Part shown: positions 14,551 to 28,056 of the stretch, one piece after another
How positions within the stretch are numbered: the first letter of the stretch is position 1
Layout: each line of letters opens with the position of its first letter
NCBI RefSeq assembly: GCF_021028975.2
Contig: NC_059429.1
Span: 22,196,001 to 22,260,000 of the forward strand
DNA: 64,000 bases
Direction of reading: 5' to 3'
From: Sphaerodactylus townsendi
Lineage: Eukaryota
The notes under the pieces: generated by a model
Database searches by the model: none
What the model saw: only the letters and a program-made list of their open reading frames with translations
What the model was told of the DNA's origin: nothing
Translations under genes and position numbers: made by a program

Positions 14551-17500
14551 TATACACACAAGCCTTTATTGGCATATAATTCTACTGCTGCTGCTTCTGA
14601 TCAAGTGAGGGGACCAGGTATACCACCATGAGGAGGGTGCTCCAGACAAGCTTATTTGATTGGTGAGACAGGAAGGCTGGTTCCTATAATCTAAATTCCT
14701 GGGCAGTAATTTTTGGGAGAAGATATCTCTGTGTTTAAGAAGTTATCTGACTGGAGGTAGAGCTTGGGGGTGGAGCCAGTAGGATAAAGCTGGAGCCGGT
14801 CAGCCCAACTGCTCAGTTCAACCCTGGGCTTGAAGCCTGCAGTTTAAACTGGACCAAGCCAAGCCCAGCATTTGAATAGGTCCACTCAACTCTGAACGCC
14901 AGATGGAGTTCAGGCAGGGGCACAGTTGTGGGGATGGGGGCAGCTCGGCTGCGCAGTGTCCATATGACCTGCCCAAGTGGCACCCAGGGCTCCAGCCCCT
15001 GCCCCTTGTTCCACTACTGCTTGAGCATATATCCAGAAACAGTAAATTCTGTGTGAGGAAGGATGTTTGGCTTCAAACCTTTCCATGCTTTATGAGTGCC
15101 ATGTAAGGGTAGCCATTTTGTGGTGGTGGCTGTTCTTTCTCAAAACTCCAAAAACGTCCACGTGCTTGTCTAGTTTGGGAAGCCCTGTCCAAGCAATAGC
15201 TAAAACCAGATGTTTGGTGAGATATATTCAGAGGGGCAATGGGTAGAGGTCTAGAAGAGTGAAGGATGCTGTCAGGCTTCTAAGAGTTCGAAGGACATAA
15301 TGGGGAAAATATTGGCAGCACACTTGGATTAGGTAAGGCTTTTGGGGGCTCTGAAAGGAACTTAAAGATAATTTTGCACTGTATGCAACAGAGGAGAAGA
15401 AACCAATGAAAGGGCCTGAGGAACAGCATCGCTTCTGAAGCAGGGCAATCAATGATTTGAGGAGCAGAAAGCACCAGGTGGATTTAATAATAACGTACAG
15501 CCTAGTAAAGGCCAAGTGACCTCAGCATTCAGATATGTCTTTGTTTTACGGTGTCAGAGAAAATAAAATCATCTTTTGCTCCGAGTGGAAGAAGTTAATG
15601 GTTAACAAGCCTGAGATGAAGTATAAGTACCTTAAGATATGTGGGTTTTTCAGGTGCTTCTGAATTCAAGAAAGTTTCGCTACGCGTGTCAAACAGACTT
15701 AGCAATTAAAACCTACACAAGGCTATCCAGTTAATTTCACTTTATAATTATCCTTAAAGGGTTTTCTCCCCCAGCAGCAGATGATAGCTGAACCAAGAGA
15801 TTTGAACAGGAGTAAAAATTATATATGGCGTACTCTGGTTTAAATGTCATAGGCGATATATCTATCTTTACTAGGAATATTCACTTGAAAAAAGATAACT
15901 CTGAATATGGCCAAATAGGCTTTGTATCCATTCATTATGCAACCATTTAAGTTTAGCCAGAGGCTATGCCTTTAATTGGCTGTCTTACTATATATCAATG
16001 GGAATTGCTTCTGAAAATCACTGAGGACTGGACTCTTGAAAAGTTCATTTTCTGCATGAGTGAAACTGGGGGATTGAAAAACAGCCAGCAACTGAGCGTT
16101 CTTGAGGCTGGCTGTTTCTAAATTTGTTCTAGGTGGCATTAAAGTCATTAAATAAACATTCATGGTGACACCAGCCCAATGAATTTGAGCCAAATTAACC
16201 CAGGGAAAGAACTCAGAAGAACTGAAGGTGTTGAGATCTATGGATAGGGAAGGTTCATTAATGATACCAATCGCAATCAAATTTTAATGGATTATTGGGA
16301 GGGGCGGGGGCTGAATGTTCTTTCCGATCTGAGGTTCACAAAAAGTTTATTTTGACATTGCTATAAACCTTTTACCTTGGTAGACTGGAGGCCAGGGCAC
16401 TTTCAAGTTCAGATCTGGAACGTAGGCCCAGTGCCAGTTCTCAAAAACCTGTGAAGTTTTTTTTAAAAAAAACACCTCTTTCCTAATTGCTTTCATGCAG
16501 AAAGAAAAGTTAAGGCTTAGTAGGAAAACCTCAAATCCTTTGGCTGACCTGGTTTCATAACGAGGATTAGGCCAGGGTGCAAAGAACTTGCAACTCAACC
16601 CGATATTTTCTGACTCTGAAGCATGGCCACTGGAAAAGCATATGAACCCTCCTGGACCAGACCAAAGTTATATCGAATCTAGCCGCTTTTTGCCCTCGTG
16701 ATTCCATGAAGTCTACAAGCAAGAAGTGGTCTTTTCCATAGTTGCTGCTCAAAATCATTATTCAGAAGTAGACTGCCTGTGCACTTGGAAGTTCATTCAG
16801 CAAGCCTGAGGCCCCCATTCTCCATGAACTGGTCTAATTCCTTTTTAAAGCTATCTAAACCAATGGAATCCCCTCATTGTGTGGTGATGCATCCTGCTAT
16901 TGAATACTAAATAAAGTTTTAAGAAGTCTTTATAAAAAGGTTTCTTGTAAAAAAGAGAAAACAGAAGGGAAAGGGGTGGGGGAAAGACAAAGCAAAAGAT
17001 AGGGAATACACACAGCAACAGAGATATTCAAATAAAAAGCACTAATTAAGTCAACCTGTTACCTATGCTATCATTGGTTCCTCAGCCACTGCAGACCTTG
17101 TAACAAGAAGTTGAAGGAGTCTTTAACCCCTTCCCAATTTTCTGTCAGTTTCCTTAGAAGGCTGAAAACTGAAGAGAAACTTGCAAATGTACAGGTATTC
17201 ATGCTAAATTTCTCTAATCCACGAATCCCCATCTCAGCTGTCAAGGGCTACTTTTACAAATCAGAGCCACCTCCATGAGGCACCTGGTAATGGCTCTGAC
17301 CTTCCATGACAAATTCCTGGTGTAGTCTAAACTGACTTGTCCTTTGTCCCAAAGGGATTCAGTTTGCCAGGATGGTCAATGTGGGATGGACTGGAGTCCC
17401 TTTACTGTAATGTAATCAAGGGTCCCAGATGCTGTAGGTGGAACGTCTGAGCCTCAGCAAGTTTTAGGATTTTTGTCACAGCATGTGACAATCTGGAGAA

Positions 17501-17824
17501 GGTAATTAACTATGCAATCCCAGGTGACAGTAAGATCATCTAATGCCTGGTAACTCAGTTATTTAGTCATGGTATGAAAGACATGCCACGGTGCCACAGA
17601 AGGAAACTCTATTGCTGGCACATTTCCTTGTGCCACACCCAGGCACACAAGAACATACGAGTGAAAAGAAAATGTTTACATTCCGCACCACATTTCTGGA
17701 CTGTAGTTGGAGATACTGCTTGTGTCACCTTGAGAAAGATATCAATACCAGTGGCCTCCCTCTGCAATGGGTCAGGTTACAAAATGATCAGTTGATCTTA
17801 ATTCTTAAAGTACAAAATCTATGT

Positions 17825-18312
17825 CAGTGATGGCGAACCTTTTTGAGACCGAGTGCCCAAATTGCAACCCCAACCTCACTTATTTATTGCAAAGTGCCAA
17901 CACAGCAATTTAATCTAAATGTTGAGGTTTTAGTTTAGAAAAAAACCGGTTGGCGCCCTCTTCCTCTGCCCCACGCGCTCGAGCAGGGGCCAGCCTGCTC
18001 TAGCCTCCAGCAAGTCCCACGCGCACTGCTCTGTGCCTCTCTAGCACCTCTGCCTCCTCTGTGCTCCCCCACCCCCTCGGGCATCAGCCACCCAGAGCAC
18101 AGGCACCAGGCCTGCCAGCTGAGTCCTCCCTGCTCACTGCGGTGCGCGCACCTTGTGCTCAGTGGCCCAGGTCAGCCTAGATGTTTGTGTGTGTGTGTGT
18201 GGGGGGGGGGGTGATTTTCCGCCCCCCACATGATGAATTCTGTGTGCACGTGCCCGCAGAGAGGGCTCCGAGTGCCACCTCTGGCACCCGTGCCATAGGT
18301 TCGCCATCACTG
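17825..18312. mobile_element. Non-autonomous hAT transposon
   Basis: TIRs cagtgatggcgaacct / aggttcgccatcactg; perfect 8-bp TSD ATCTATGT; related inverted copy at 52358-52869. Confidence 0.9.
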
Positions 18313-19119
18313 ATCTATGTCATTTTGTAAATTGTTCAGTGGACCAACAATGGCTACTTCCATTATGTATCTGAAGGCAGAAGTGATAAAAGTGCATATT
18401 CAAAAACATAAATTTAAATACACAAATGGTCAGTTATTACTCAAATACTACTGGTATATGTTTAGGTAAAGTTGCTACATACTTTCCTTAGTAGATGCCA
18501 CATGACAAGAGATGTGAGACTGTTTCTCTCCCCCCCCCCCCCAATTGTCTGGCCTGGGACCAGCTTCTTTTGATTTCTCCACTGCCAAAACAGTCTCTTG
18601 CCTGCTGCCAACCCATTAGCATAGAACAATTACTGTGCAACTCTATGTATGTTTGCTCAGAAGTAAATATTGAAGTGCGTTGTCAAAGGTTTTCATGGCT
18701 GGAATCAACTGGAAAATCCACAACAGCCAGTAAATCTTGCAATATTCAGTGACATTTATTCCAACCTATATACGTCAATTTCTTTTTCCATTGTACAGAT
18801 TCTGCATTACGAACTGTAATGCAGGAGAAGGGGCTTATTCCACTGTATTCTCTGCATGTATTACACTGTTTTCCACTGATGTGATACTATTTTTCTGCAT
18901 TACATTTGCATTCTGTGTCCTGTTCCATATGTTTCGTTTATTCAGATTTCTCTAGCCATACTACATTAGATGTCTCTTCAGATTAGCTATTTATAATGAC
19001 ACTGTAAATCACTTTGAGCCTCAGTAAGAGAGGCAGACACTCTTTCCTTATACATACATAAGTAAACAAATACATTTCAAAATATAAGAATGAAAATAAT
19101 AACTGACACTTCGGATTAT

Positions 19120-19730
19120 CAGACCCACGTGCAGAAGAAAAGTACCCGCTGCTCTGCGCATGCGCCTCGATTTGTCCTCTAGACGTGAACCAAGATTTTT
19201 TTAAGAGTCGCTCTGCACATGCTCATTTTCGTAAGTGAGGGAAAGTGTCCGTTCCTGTGACGTCACGCCACGCCTTCCGCGCACGCCTTCCGGACTTGGG
19301 AAGGTTTTTTTAACCCAAGCTCCGTGCCGCCTGTTAAATCCCATGCGCGCACAGTTGTCATCAGGACGGACGGCATGGAGCAACTCTTCTTCCTCGCTTT
19401 CTTCTTGACGGTCACGGGACATTTCTGCGCTTGGGCCTCCGAAGCCGGTGAGTGATTTGGAAAGGCGGCTATACATTAAAGCGATAACCTTTCCACGCGG
19501 GATCGTTAACTCGGTAGGGACGCGCCCCTCAACTGTGATTGGTCAATGCGCTGAAGCCGCGGCGTGGAACGGCGCCCGATTGGTTATCTGTCGGCTGCTC
19601 TTGGCACGCCTTCTCAACGTGCGCGTGGTGCAATTTCACCCCCTTATTGGTCGCATATGGTCCATTGGCTCTGCCTTTCCGAAAATGAGGTGGGGGGGTC
19701 ACTTTCGTGGTTACCATGGACACGGACGTG
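19120..19730 (+). promoter_or_regulatory. CD320 CpG-island promoter and first-intron regulatory region
   Basis: CpG-rich; NRF1 palindrome GCGCATGCGC (19156-19165), CRE GTGACGTCAC (19257-19266), ETS-type CTTCCG motifs, four ATTGG boxes and an X-box-like site in intron 1. Confidence 0.8.
19375..19447 (+). CDS. CD320: CD320/Tva exon 1 (signal peptide)
   Basis: ggcATGg Kozak; MEQLFFLAFFLTVTGHFCAWASEA hydrophobic leader; phase-1 donor G|GTGAGT. Confidence 0.82.
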
Positions 19731-22074
19731 AGCTCTAAAGGAGACCCTCTCTTTATCTCCTTTGTGCAAATGCCTTAATGGATTGGCATTGGATATTCAT
19801 TCAAAAAATTGGCATTGGACAAGGGAAGAAAGTAAAATGTTTAAAACATTTATATCAATTCGTTTTATGGAATTCAGTATTTTAATATTTTAAGCATGTG
19901 TGTATGTGTACACTCACAAATCACAAACACACACACACATATCAATGCATGAATCAACCATGAATAATAATATAGATCCATTATTAAAGCTCCACATTTT
20001 GAAATAGGTACCTATTTCAAATTGCGGGCCTTAAGATTACAATTAACCTATAATGTTATTACTAGTTGCAGTGATATTTATTTATTTTATTTAATACCCT
20101 GCCCTTGCAGAGCTCAGGGTGCCTAACACACATCATTTAGTAATTTAAATAATTAGCAATTAAAAATAAGTACTCCAGACAGCAATTTAAAATCAGTCTC
20201 ATTGCTCATATAACAATCCCATTTTCATCCCAATCTTGTAAATCCTATTTGGGCGAAATAGGAGGGGCACGATCTCAGGGGCACACATTATGCTTAGTAC
20301 GTTTTTTTAAAAGCAGAGATTACAAGTATGTGGACCCAAGGAAGTTATAATCTAGCAGCTCAGTCCCACACCATTTAAATCATTGCTCTCAGGTGTGCCT
20401 AACATTGCATAAAGTTGAGGGCAGCTTTAGGAGCAGTTCTGCTGAATCATATCAAGAACCCCACTAGTCCATTGTTCTGTTTCCCACAGTGGTCAAGCAG
20501 ATGCCCCTAGAAGGCCAACAAGTAGAGTATAAAGGCCACAAACACAGTCTAAGTGTTCCCCCCTCAGCACTGACATTCGCAGAAGTGCATCTGAACATGG
20601 GATCATAGTGGTTAGTAGCCACTAATGGATTTTCCCCCACTGTGAGTTTGTGCAATCCCCCTTTTAAGTCAACCTAACTACCATTGCTGCATCCTCAAGT
20701 TTCACAGCTCTTCTTTAAGGGAAGAGTTGACTCTGCCACCCATCAGCTTTGTTGAGCGTCTGCCAAAAGATGAAGACCACAGCTGCGTTGTTTAGCTCAG
20801 GAACCACTGAAGCTGCCTTCTAGTGACTCAGATCAGTGGTTCATTTAGCTCCGAACTTTTCATGGCTTAGGCACAGAGGGCATTTCCCAGGAGAAAATGT
20901 TGGGGATAGAACCTGGGATCTTTTGCGCAGAACTGTTAATCGGTGGCCCTTCTGATCCAACCACAATCCAGCAATCCCATTGATTTCAAGGGACCTTTGA
21001 AGTCAAGTGAAGCGCGTGACAATGTTTCTAGTAGTGACTGACTTACAAATTTTACTAGATATAATTTAATTCGCGTGTTTAATGATGGTTTCATTTCTGC
21101 GTGCTTATATTCCGTAAACTGCCTGGGACGTTGTGTAAAAGTGGGATAAAAATATTTTAAAGAAAGTAAATAAATGCATTTAAAAGCTCTTATCTTATAT
21201 AAGTGCCCTATCAGTTTTTCCTTTGTACTCTATATCTTTTCTTATACAGAAACGTGACGTAGTCCTTTTTCTCTCCAGCCTTTGTCTTACAACAGTCTGC
21301 TGACACTTTTGTTTCGTGCCAAGAATTCTTGGCATTTGCCCATTTTTGGCTATTTCTGAGTATATTTGGACGTTTGTGCAGCTTCGTGCTTTGGTGAGAG
21401 AATCAAGATCTGAAACCGACAGCAAACTGCCAAGGGTGATCTGTTGGCCCACTCAAAAAATTCCAAACAGGAACTGTAAAACAATATATTTTAATTAGGG
21501 CGGCTCCTTTGGAGTTTTGGGCTGGTCGTTATGTAGATTGTTTTACTGTCCCACTAAGGGTTTGAAATGCGGCTGGTTGGCAGGATATTGCTTACTTCCC
21601 AGGTTTCTTTGTGCTGCCCCAGGACTTGCTTTGTTAACAATCCAATCCTCTGTGCCTAAGTCCAACTTTCACTCAGACTTACTCTTAAATAAATAGTTTA
21701 GGATTGCAGATAAACCATCGGTTAGAGCATTATCAAACTGATTATTGATTATTTATTTATTACAACATTAATGCCTTGCCTTTTCTCATGGCGCAAGGCA
21801 GCTGAGAGTACTGTTCCCATTGCTACTAGGTGTGCCACCTCTGTGTACCATTCACATGCCCTTCCTCAGTGGCTCTGGGCAGTTGGGAGCATGGGTACAG
21901 ACAGGTGACAGGGAAGATGTGTGGGTGGGGATCAGTGACAGTAAGTCCTGGGCCCTAGTTGCTTTTCTACCTCAGGGTATATCGATGCCAGCCCTGGCTT
22001 AGAATCCTGGGTACTCCATAGCACAGTGGGTATTGGGTTGAGTGCAGGGATGAAAGTATTTTGCGCTCTTACTA

Positions 22075-22319
22075 CCCTGTTTCCCCGAAAATAAGACATC
22101 CCCTGAGAATAAGACGTAGTAGAGGTTTTGCTGAAGTGCTAAATATAAAACATCCCCCAAAAGTAAGACGTTTTTGTTTGGAAGCATGCCCGTCGACCAG
22201 AACACCAGAGCATGCAGCTGTGGAGCGGAAAAATAAGACATCCCCTGAAAATAAGACATAGTGCATCTTTGGGAGCAAAAATTAATATAAGACACTGTCT
22301 TATTTTCGGGGAAACACGG
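22075..22319. mobile_element. Tigger/pogo-like (Tc1-mariner) MITE
   Basis: TIRs ccctgtttccccgaaaataagaca / tgtcttattttcggggaaacacgg flanked by TA; internal aaataagac repeats. Confidence 0.85.
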
Positions 22320-22741
22320 TAGCACTGTCTCCCTGGGCGATCCCTAAGTAGAAGATGGAAGGTGGTGCTTTCTTGGATACTTTCTACCAGCTTTTATACA
22401 CCCGTGGTTTTGTGGTAATAACCTTCCTTGGCTATGGAGCTTTGTGGTAGAGGAGAGCTGGCATTCAAGAGGTCACCTGTGCAGAAGGCATTTTGGGAAC
22501 CAGAAAAAGTGAACTGCTTGAGGGAACCCGTCAATAAAAGAGTGGAACTGGGCCAAAACTCAGCCAGTCAAGAGATGTTTTTAGCACACAAGTATGTCAA
22601 ACTGTCCCCTTTTAATTTCTCAGCCTCTATTGAGATGAACCTGCTGCGATGCAACTTAGAGGTACCCCTCTGCTGTCTGCACTACTTTGATAATGACTCT
22701 TAACTGACTCAGCTGTTTATTCCCTATTTCTCTCTCGGCAG

Positions 22742-23182
22742 ATGTTTTCAATTGCGCTGCTCGTAGCTTCCCCTGCAAGGATGGGGGCCAGGTGCCGCTT
22801 TGCCTGAGATGTGATGGGAAGCCGGATTGCGCAGATGGCAGTGATGAGAGCAGTTGCGGTGCCGGAACTGCCTCGTGTGCACCTGGTGAATGGCAGTGTG
22901 GCGGTGGAGGCCCTTGCCTGCCCTTGGAGCAGCTCTGCGATGACTACCTGGACTGCCTGGACATTTCCTACGAACTGGCTGCGGCTTGTGAGAACCAGAC
23001 AGCCCAGGCCAAAGTGCCCCTCCCTTCCCCTGCCTGCTCTGAAGAGGAGTTCCAGTGTGCTCCAGGGGCTTACTGTTTCCCCCTGGAGTGGTGGTGTGAT
23101 GGCCATCCAGATTGTGTCAGCCAGCTGGATGAACAGAACTGCAGTTTGAATTTGCCGGCATCTTCAGTGGCAACTAAGATTG
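22742..23182 (+). CDS. CD320: CD320/Tva exon 2 encoding three LDL-receptor class A modules
   Basis: Acceptor tttctctctcggcag; modules ending CDGKPDCADGSDESSC, CDDYLDCLDISYELAAAC and CDGHPDCVSQLDEQNC; 441 nt, phase 1-1. The donor GTGGGG is weak, so the 3' end is less sure. Position next to NDUFA7 matches CD320. Confidence 0.85.
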
Positions 23183-23578
23183 GTGGGGCAAATGGCTGGC
23201 TGTTTTGGGGGAAGGGGCAGGGAGGTGTTCGGTGTGGGGGTCTTGGCTCATACTGCTGCAGTTTTTTTGCCTGTTCCAGAATGCCTTTGCTTTTTGTCTG
23301 CTCTGTACAGCTGCATCAGCCCTTCCCTTGAGGTACATCTTCCTTACATTTGGTTCTGTTGCCCTTCTTGGTGCCATCCTCTTTTCTCTGAGGCCCAGTT
23401 TACACATGCAAGAGGAACGATGTGGTAGAACAGACTGTCCTGCTTTGGATCACTGGTGGAAGATCACATGGTGGCACACTTCTGAATGTAGGAAGCTCCC
23501 TGTGCTTAGAAACCCAGCAGAGCAAGCAAAGAGATTTGGTAGAGCCATTCCCCTTGCTGTGATAGTCTGCTGTGATAG

Positions 23579-23870
23579 GAGCCAGCATGGTATAGTGGTT
23601 AAGAGCAGGTGCACTCTAATCTGGAGAACCAGGTTTGATTCCCTGCTCTGCCACTTGAGCTGCAGAGGCTTATCTGGGGAACCAGATTAACTTGTGCACT
23701 CCCAACGCATGCCAGCTGGGTGACCTTGGGCTAGTCAGAGTTCATCGGAGCTCTCTCAGCCTCACCCACCTCACAGGGTGTTTGTTGTGTGTGTGGAAGG
23801 GAAAGGAGAGTGTAAGTCCCTTTGAGTCTCCCTGCAGGAGAGAAAAGGGGGATATAAATCCAGACTCTTC
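23579..23870 (+). mobile_element. Squam3-like SINE, full length
   Basis: tRNA-like head (tggtatagtggttaagagc...ggtttgattccc), CORE-like ctgggtgaccttgggctagtca, tail gatataaatccagactcttc. Confidence 0.85.
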
Positions 23871-23899
23871 CTATATAGAGATTTTTTTTAATGCAAAAG

Positions 23900-24256
23900 A
23901 ACACTCAACTGGAATCTACCATCTTCATTCTGGAATTGGGCAGTTCTGATCACTGTCTCAAAGGCGATATTGTAGAGCTGGAAACAGTACAGAAGAGGGA
24001 AACCAGGACGATTATGGGGTTGGAACACTTTCTCTGTGAGGGAAGGCTGAAGAGTGGCGGAGGCTTATCTGGTGAACCAGATGTGTTTCCCCACTCCTAC
24101 ATTTCTCCTGGGTCCAGTCATACTTCTTTCAGAACTCTTTCAACCCCACCACCTCACAAGGTGTCTGTTGTGGGGAGAGAAAGGAGCTTGTAAGCCACTG
24201 TGAGTCTCCTTACAGGAGAGAAAGGTGGGGTATAAATCCAAACTCTTCTTCTTCTT
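23900..24256 (+). mobile_element. CR1 remnant joined to a 5'-truncated Squam3-like SINE
   Basis: 23900-24055 resembles the CR1 RT end at 34700-34860; 24060-24256 matches the SINE body and (ctt)n tail. Confidence 0.7.
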
Positions 24257-25090
24257 GGTCTCTATGCCCTGTTGTTGGTCTCCTACAATAAAGGGCTGCC
24301 CCCTGTGTGGACTAGATGGACCACTTGGTCTGATCTAGCAGAGCTCTTCTTGTGTTCTCCAATGCTGCAGCCCATTAGACTACCCTACTCCCAAGTTCCC
24401 ACCTCAATATGTTGCATGTTTGAACCTGGCCTGATGCCATTCTGTGCGCCTCATGAGCTGTACAAACTCTTTTGTACAAAACCTGTACAAACCTGGTCCT
24501 GCCACCCCCCCCAGCCAAGTGTACTAGAAGCCAAGGCAGAGCAACTCAGGCCTGCAGGAAATAAGATAATAGGGCGCTAAGTATATAAAGATGACCCGCC
24601 CTAGCTGTTGTAAGTCTGGAGGTTTTGGTTATAAACCATGTCTGTAGTGTGCAGTTTTGATTTTGTGCAACATAGATACTGTTGCTACCCATGGCAGTTC
24701 TGAACTGTCGCTTTTATGGGCCACAATATTGCTTTGCTCTAAAGCCAAAGTCATCTTTCCACACCCTTCCTCTGCCTCTTTCTGCCGGCTGCTGGCAGGA
24801 TTTTGCCTTGTTCTCCAGGTATGTCTTTGGCCCAGCCTCAAGGAACATCGGGCCGGCTAATACACTATTAGTCAATGGAATGAGTCACAGAATTGGGCTC
24901 CTATTGTGTTTTTATCACGGAACACCTTGATCAGCCTACGGTTATGAAATTTAAAAAGCAATTTGTTATAGAAACAATAGTAAGAACAGCTAAAAAGGCA
25001 GAATCTGTTTTTTTTCCCCAAGACTGTTGTACAAAACTGGCAGTGGGCCAGTGCTTTGTGTTTAGAGGTGCCTGTAGTTAACATCACATA

Positions 25091-25395
25091 GAAGAGGAAG
25101 AGGAAGAGGAGGAGGAGGAGGAGTTTGGATTTATATCCCCGCTTTCTCTCCTGCAGGAGACTCAAAGGGGCTGACAATCTCCTTGCCCTTCCCCCCTCAC
25201 AACAAACACCCTGTGAGGTAGGTGGGGCTGAGAGAGCTCCGAGAAGCTGTGACTAGCCCAAGGTCACCCAGCTGGCGTGTGTGGGAGTGCACAGGCTAAT
25301 CTGAATTCCCCAGATAAACCTCCACAGCTCAGGTGGCAGAGCGGAGAATCAAACCCGGTTCCTCCAGATTAGATATACAAGCTCTTAACCTCCTA
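25091..25395 (-). mobile_element. Squam3-like SINE with (CTC/CTT)n tail
   Basis: Reverse complement of the 23579-23870 family; highly similar to 28433-28729. Confidence 0.85.
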
Positions 25396-25727
25396 ATCGA
25401 GCCCAGGAGAGGCTTTGGTTTGCCCTGATTGCTGCAGGAGTGGGGGGCAAGCAGCTTTGCTAAGAAAGGGCAGCTGCCAGCTTATACAATGGCATTCTGG
25501 TCTTCAGAGGATATTTGATGGTTGCACTGGCAAATGATTTTTAACACATCTTATTAGCACTGTTTTCTTTGAGTTTCTTATTGGGTCACGATGATTATCT
25601 TGAAATCACCAGAAGATGTTGCATTGAGCTGATTTCGCAAAGGGCTGTAGATGTGGAGGAATGAGAAAAAATCTTCAGCATGTAGAGCTATCTTTGTCAA
25701 CCTGTTTTGTTTTTTTCCTCTTTTTAG

Positions 25728-25805
25728 AAAGCAAGAGGCCTACTGCAAAGGCTTATCGGGAGATTCTCAAGGATCCAGTCAATTTGGCAGCAATTGCTGT
25801 TGTGG
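25728..25805 (+). CDS. CD320: CD320/Tva exon 3 (stalk and start of TM helix)
   Basis: Long polypyrimidine acceptor; (E)SKRPTAKAYREILKDPVNLAAIAVV; donor G|GTAAG; phase 1-1. Confidence 0.8.
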
Positions 25806-27355
25806 GTAAGGACTGCAGCTCTCGTAGGCCCTGATCCAACTCAACTTGTGTCCTGTTGAAACCAGTGGAATGGGGGGGGGGGGCGCTGAATCTGAGCCTG
25901 TGTTCCTTCAGCTAACTTTTGCGGAGTCCTTTATTGGAGTTGGCTGCTTCTGTGCAAAAAGAGGCATGGACTAAATTTTTTAATCCAAAGGCTTGCACGG
26001 GCGTAACAGTTTTATGAAAGACTGTGGCATGCGAGGGGGAAAACGTGTGCAGAAGGATGGCAACAGATCGGTTGTATCTCTTGTCCTTCCAGCTCCTGTG
26101 CCGTTTTCTCAGTCCTCAGATCACTTTGCATCTGAAACTGACAAACTGAAGTCCAGTGCCTTGACTGGCAAATTCTGAGAGAGTGCAGTTGCCCAGTGGA
26201 ACTCCTTGCCACTGGGTGTTGCGATTGCAAGCAGCACGTATTTCTTTTTAAAAGAGTGTGTGTGTTCTGATAAGCATGTCACTCTGTTGCAACCCAATGC
26301 GATAGGGTTTCACACCGTCCTTACCAAGTTCCCCGCTTTGCTATTGCAAGACAAGGAGTTTAATGGTGCAGATAGCTTTGCTGAGCTTAAATGACAGTTT
26401 GCAGGTGTTCAATTTGCTCAGAGAGAGAAGGAGTTAACAAAAGCACATTTCTGTGCTGAGGTCACACAAATAAAGGGGTGTGTGGGGGAGGGAGAGAGAC
26501 TGGGGTGTGGGCCAAACAAGGCACCGCCAACTGATGCTCACTCTGTTTTCCTCATGTGCCTTTGTAGTGGCAGGCAAAAACGGTACATAAGAAGTTCACT
26601 TGCTGAACTTGTTTGTATCGGGTTGATGTTAACGATGCAGGAGCTGGGCCAAAATAGAAGCTGGCATTCCTGGGATGAAAGAGCCCTCCTGCGGAAATAC
26701 TGTCAGCCCGATGGAACAGGACCTGATTGGAATGAGGTGCCAAAGCAAGAGGGACGTGGCTCAGTGTCAGGTCTATGCTTCATTCAATGACAGACTCAGG
26801 ATTTTCTCAATCAGAAGCCTTTATTGAAACAAACATTGAACCCTTGGCTTTTGCAAAGCCAGTTCTGACTCGACCCCCAAGTGGCCTTAGCTTTATTAAC
26901 CTCTGTTGTTCACGCCTTCCCCTGCTCCCAACAATGCAAAGTGAAAAGCGGGAAAAGTAGAGGAAAGCGAAAGTCCCTTCCCTAGGTCTTGGGAAAGATA
27001 GAGAGCCATCTGGCTACCCTTCCCTTTGCAGAGAGACCCAGAGAAGCCACTGTTATCTACATTGCAAGCACAGCGAGTAAGAAGAAGTGAATGGAGAGAT
27101 TCAGTAACCCAAAGAGGCCCCAGACATTAAGCACACACTGACACTCAGTGGGAGAACATCTGCTTGGCATACAGAAAGTCCCAGGTTCAATCCCCTGCAT
27201 CTCCCATTAAAAAGGACCAGGAAGTAGGTGATTGTAAAGACTTCTGCCTTTGAGTCTGGAGAGCTGCTTCCAGTCTGAGTAGACAGCCCTGATGCTGATG
27301 GACCAGTGGTCTGGATCCATGTGTTCCTGAGCTCTCTGTCTTTCCGTCCTCTCAG

Positions 27356-27462
27356 CACTGCTGATTGCAACAGTGGTTGGTGTCGCTGTCGCCCTGTGGA
27401 AGCCCAGGGGAGCAAAGCGTGGCTCCTCCAGCTACAAGTTGGCAGAGCCATTCCCAGCATGA
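27356..27462 (+). CDS. CD320: CD320/Tva exon 4 (TM end and cytoplasmic tail)
   Basis: Acceptor tttccgtcctctcag; (A)LLIATVVGVAVALWKPRGAKRGSSSYKLAEPFPA*; completes a ~24-aa TM helix followed by basic residues; protein ~232 aa. Confidence 0.8.
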
Positions 27463-27761
27463 GTGGATGTGAAGATTCTCCTCCCAGAGTGGTACGTCCA
27501 AGCATGGATTTGGGGGTTATTAGTTTGGGTGACGGGGCTTCTTTCCCGGCGGTCTCAGCAAGAATCCAAATCCTGCCTCTCCCATTGCTGATCTCTCCCC
27601 CTCTCACTCACACAGAGAGTAGTACAGCCTGTAAGTTCTTTTGGGCAGAGTGTGGTCATCTCAATTCCTGCTGTCTTCAAGACACACCCATCAATGGCTG
27701 TGTCGAAATACAGTTCACACGTTTCCCGTGAAATTATGAGCCCACCTCCCATTTAATTCTG

Positions 27762-28056
27762 AGAACCAGTGTGGTATAGTGGTTAAGAGCAGATGCACTC
27801 TAATCTGACCGGGTTTGATTCCCCACTCTGCCCCTTGAGCTGTGGAGGCTTATTTGGTGAACCAGATTAGCTTGTGCACTCCAACACATGCCAGCTGGGT
27901 GACCTTGGGCTAGTCACAGTTCTTTGGAGCTCTCTCAGCTTCACCCACCTCACAGGGTATTTGGGGGGTTGGTGGGAGGGAAAGGAGATGCTAAGCCCCT
28001 TTCAGTCTCCTTACAGGAGAGAAAGGGAGAATGGATATCCAAACTCTTCTTCTTCT
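27762..28056 (+). mobile_element. Squam3-like SINE
   Basis: Same head, body and tail as 23579-23870. Confidence 0.85.

Noticed and set aside
23183-23690. ORF extensions beyond CD320 exon 2
   Set aside because: Intron read-through running into a SINE; the spliced model supplies a proper TM helix and tail.
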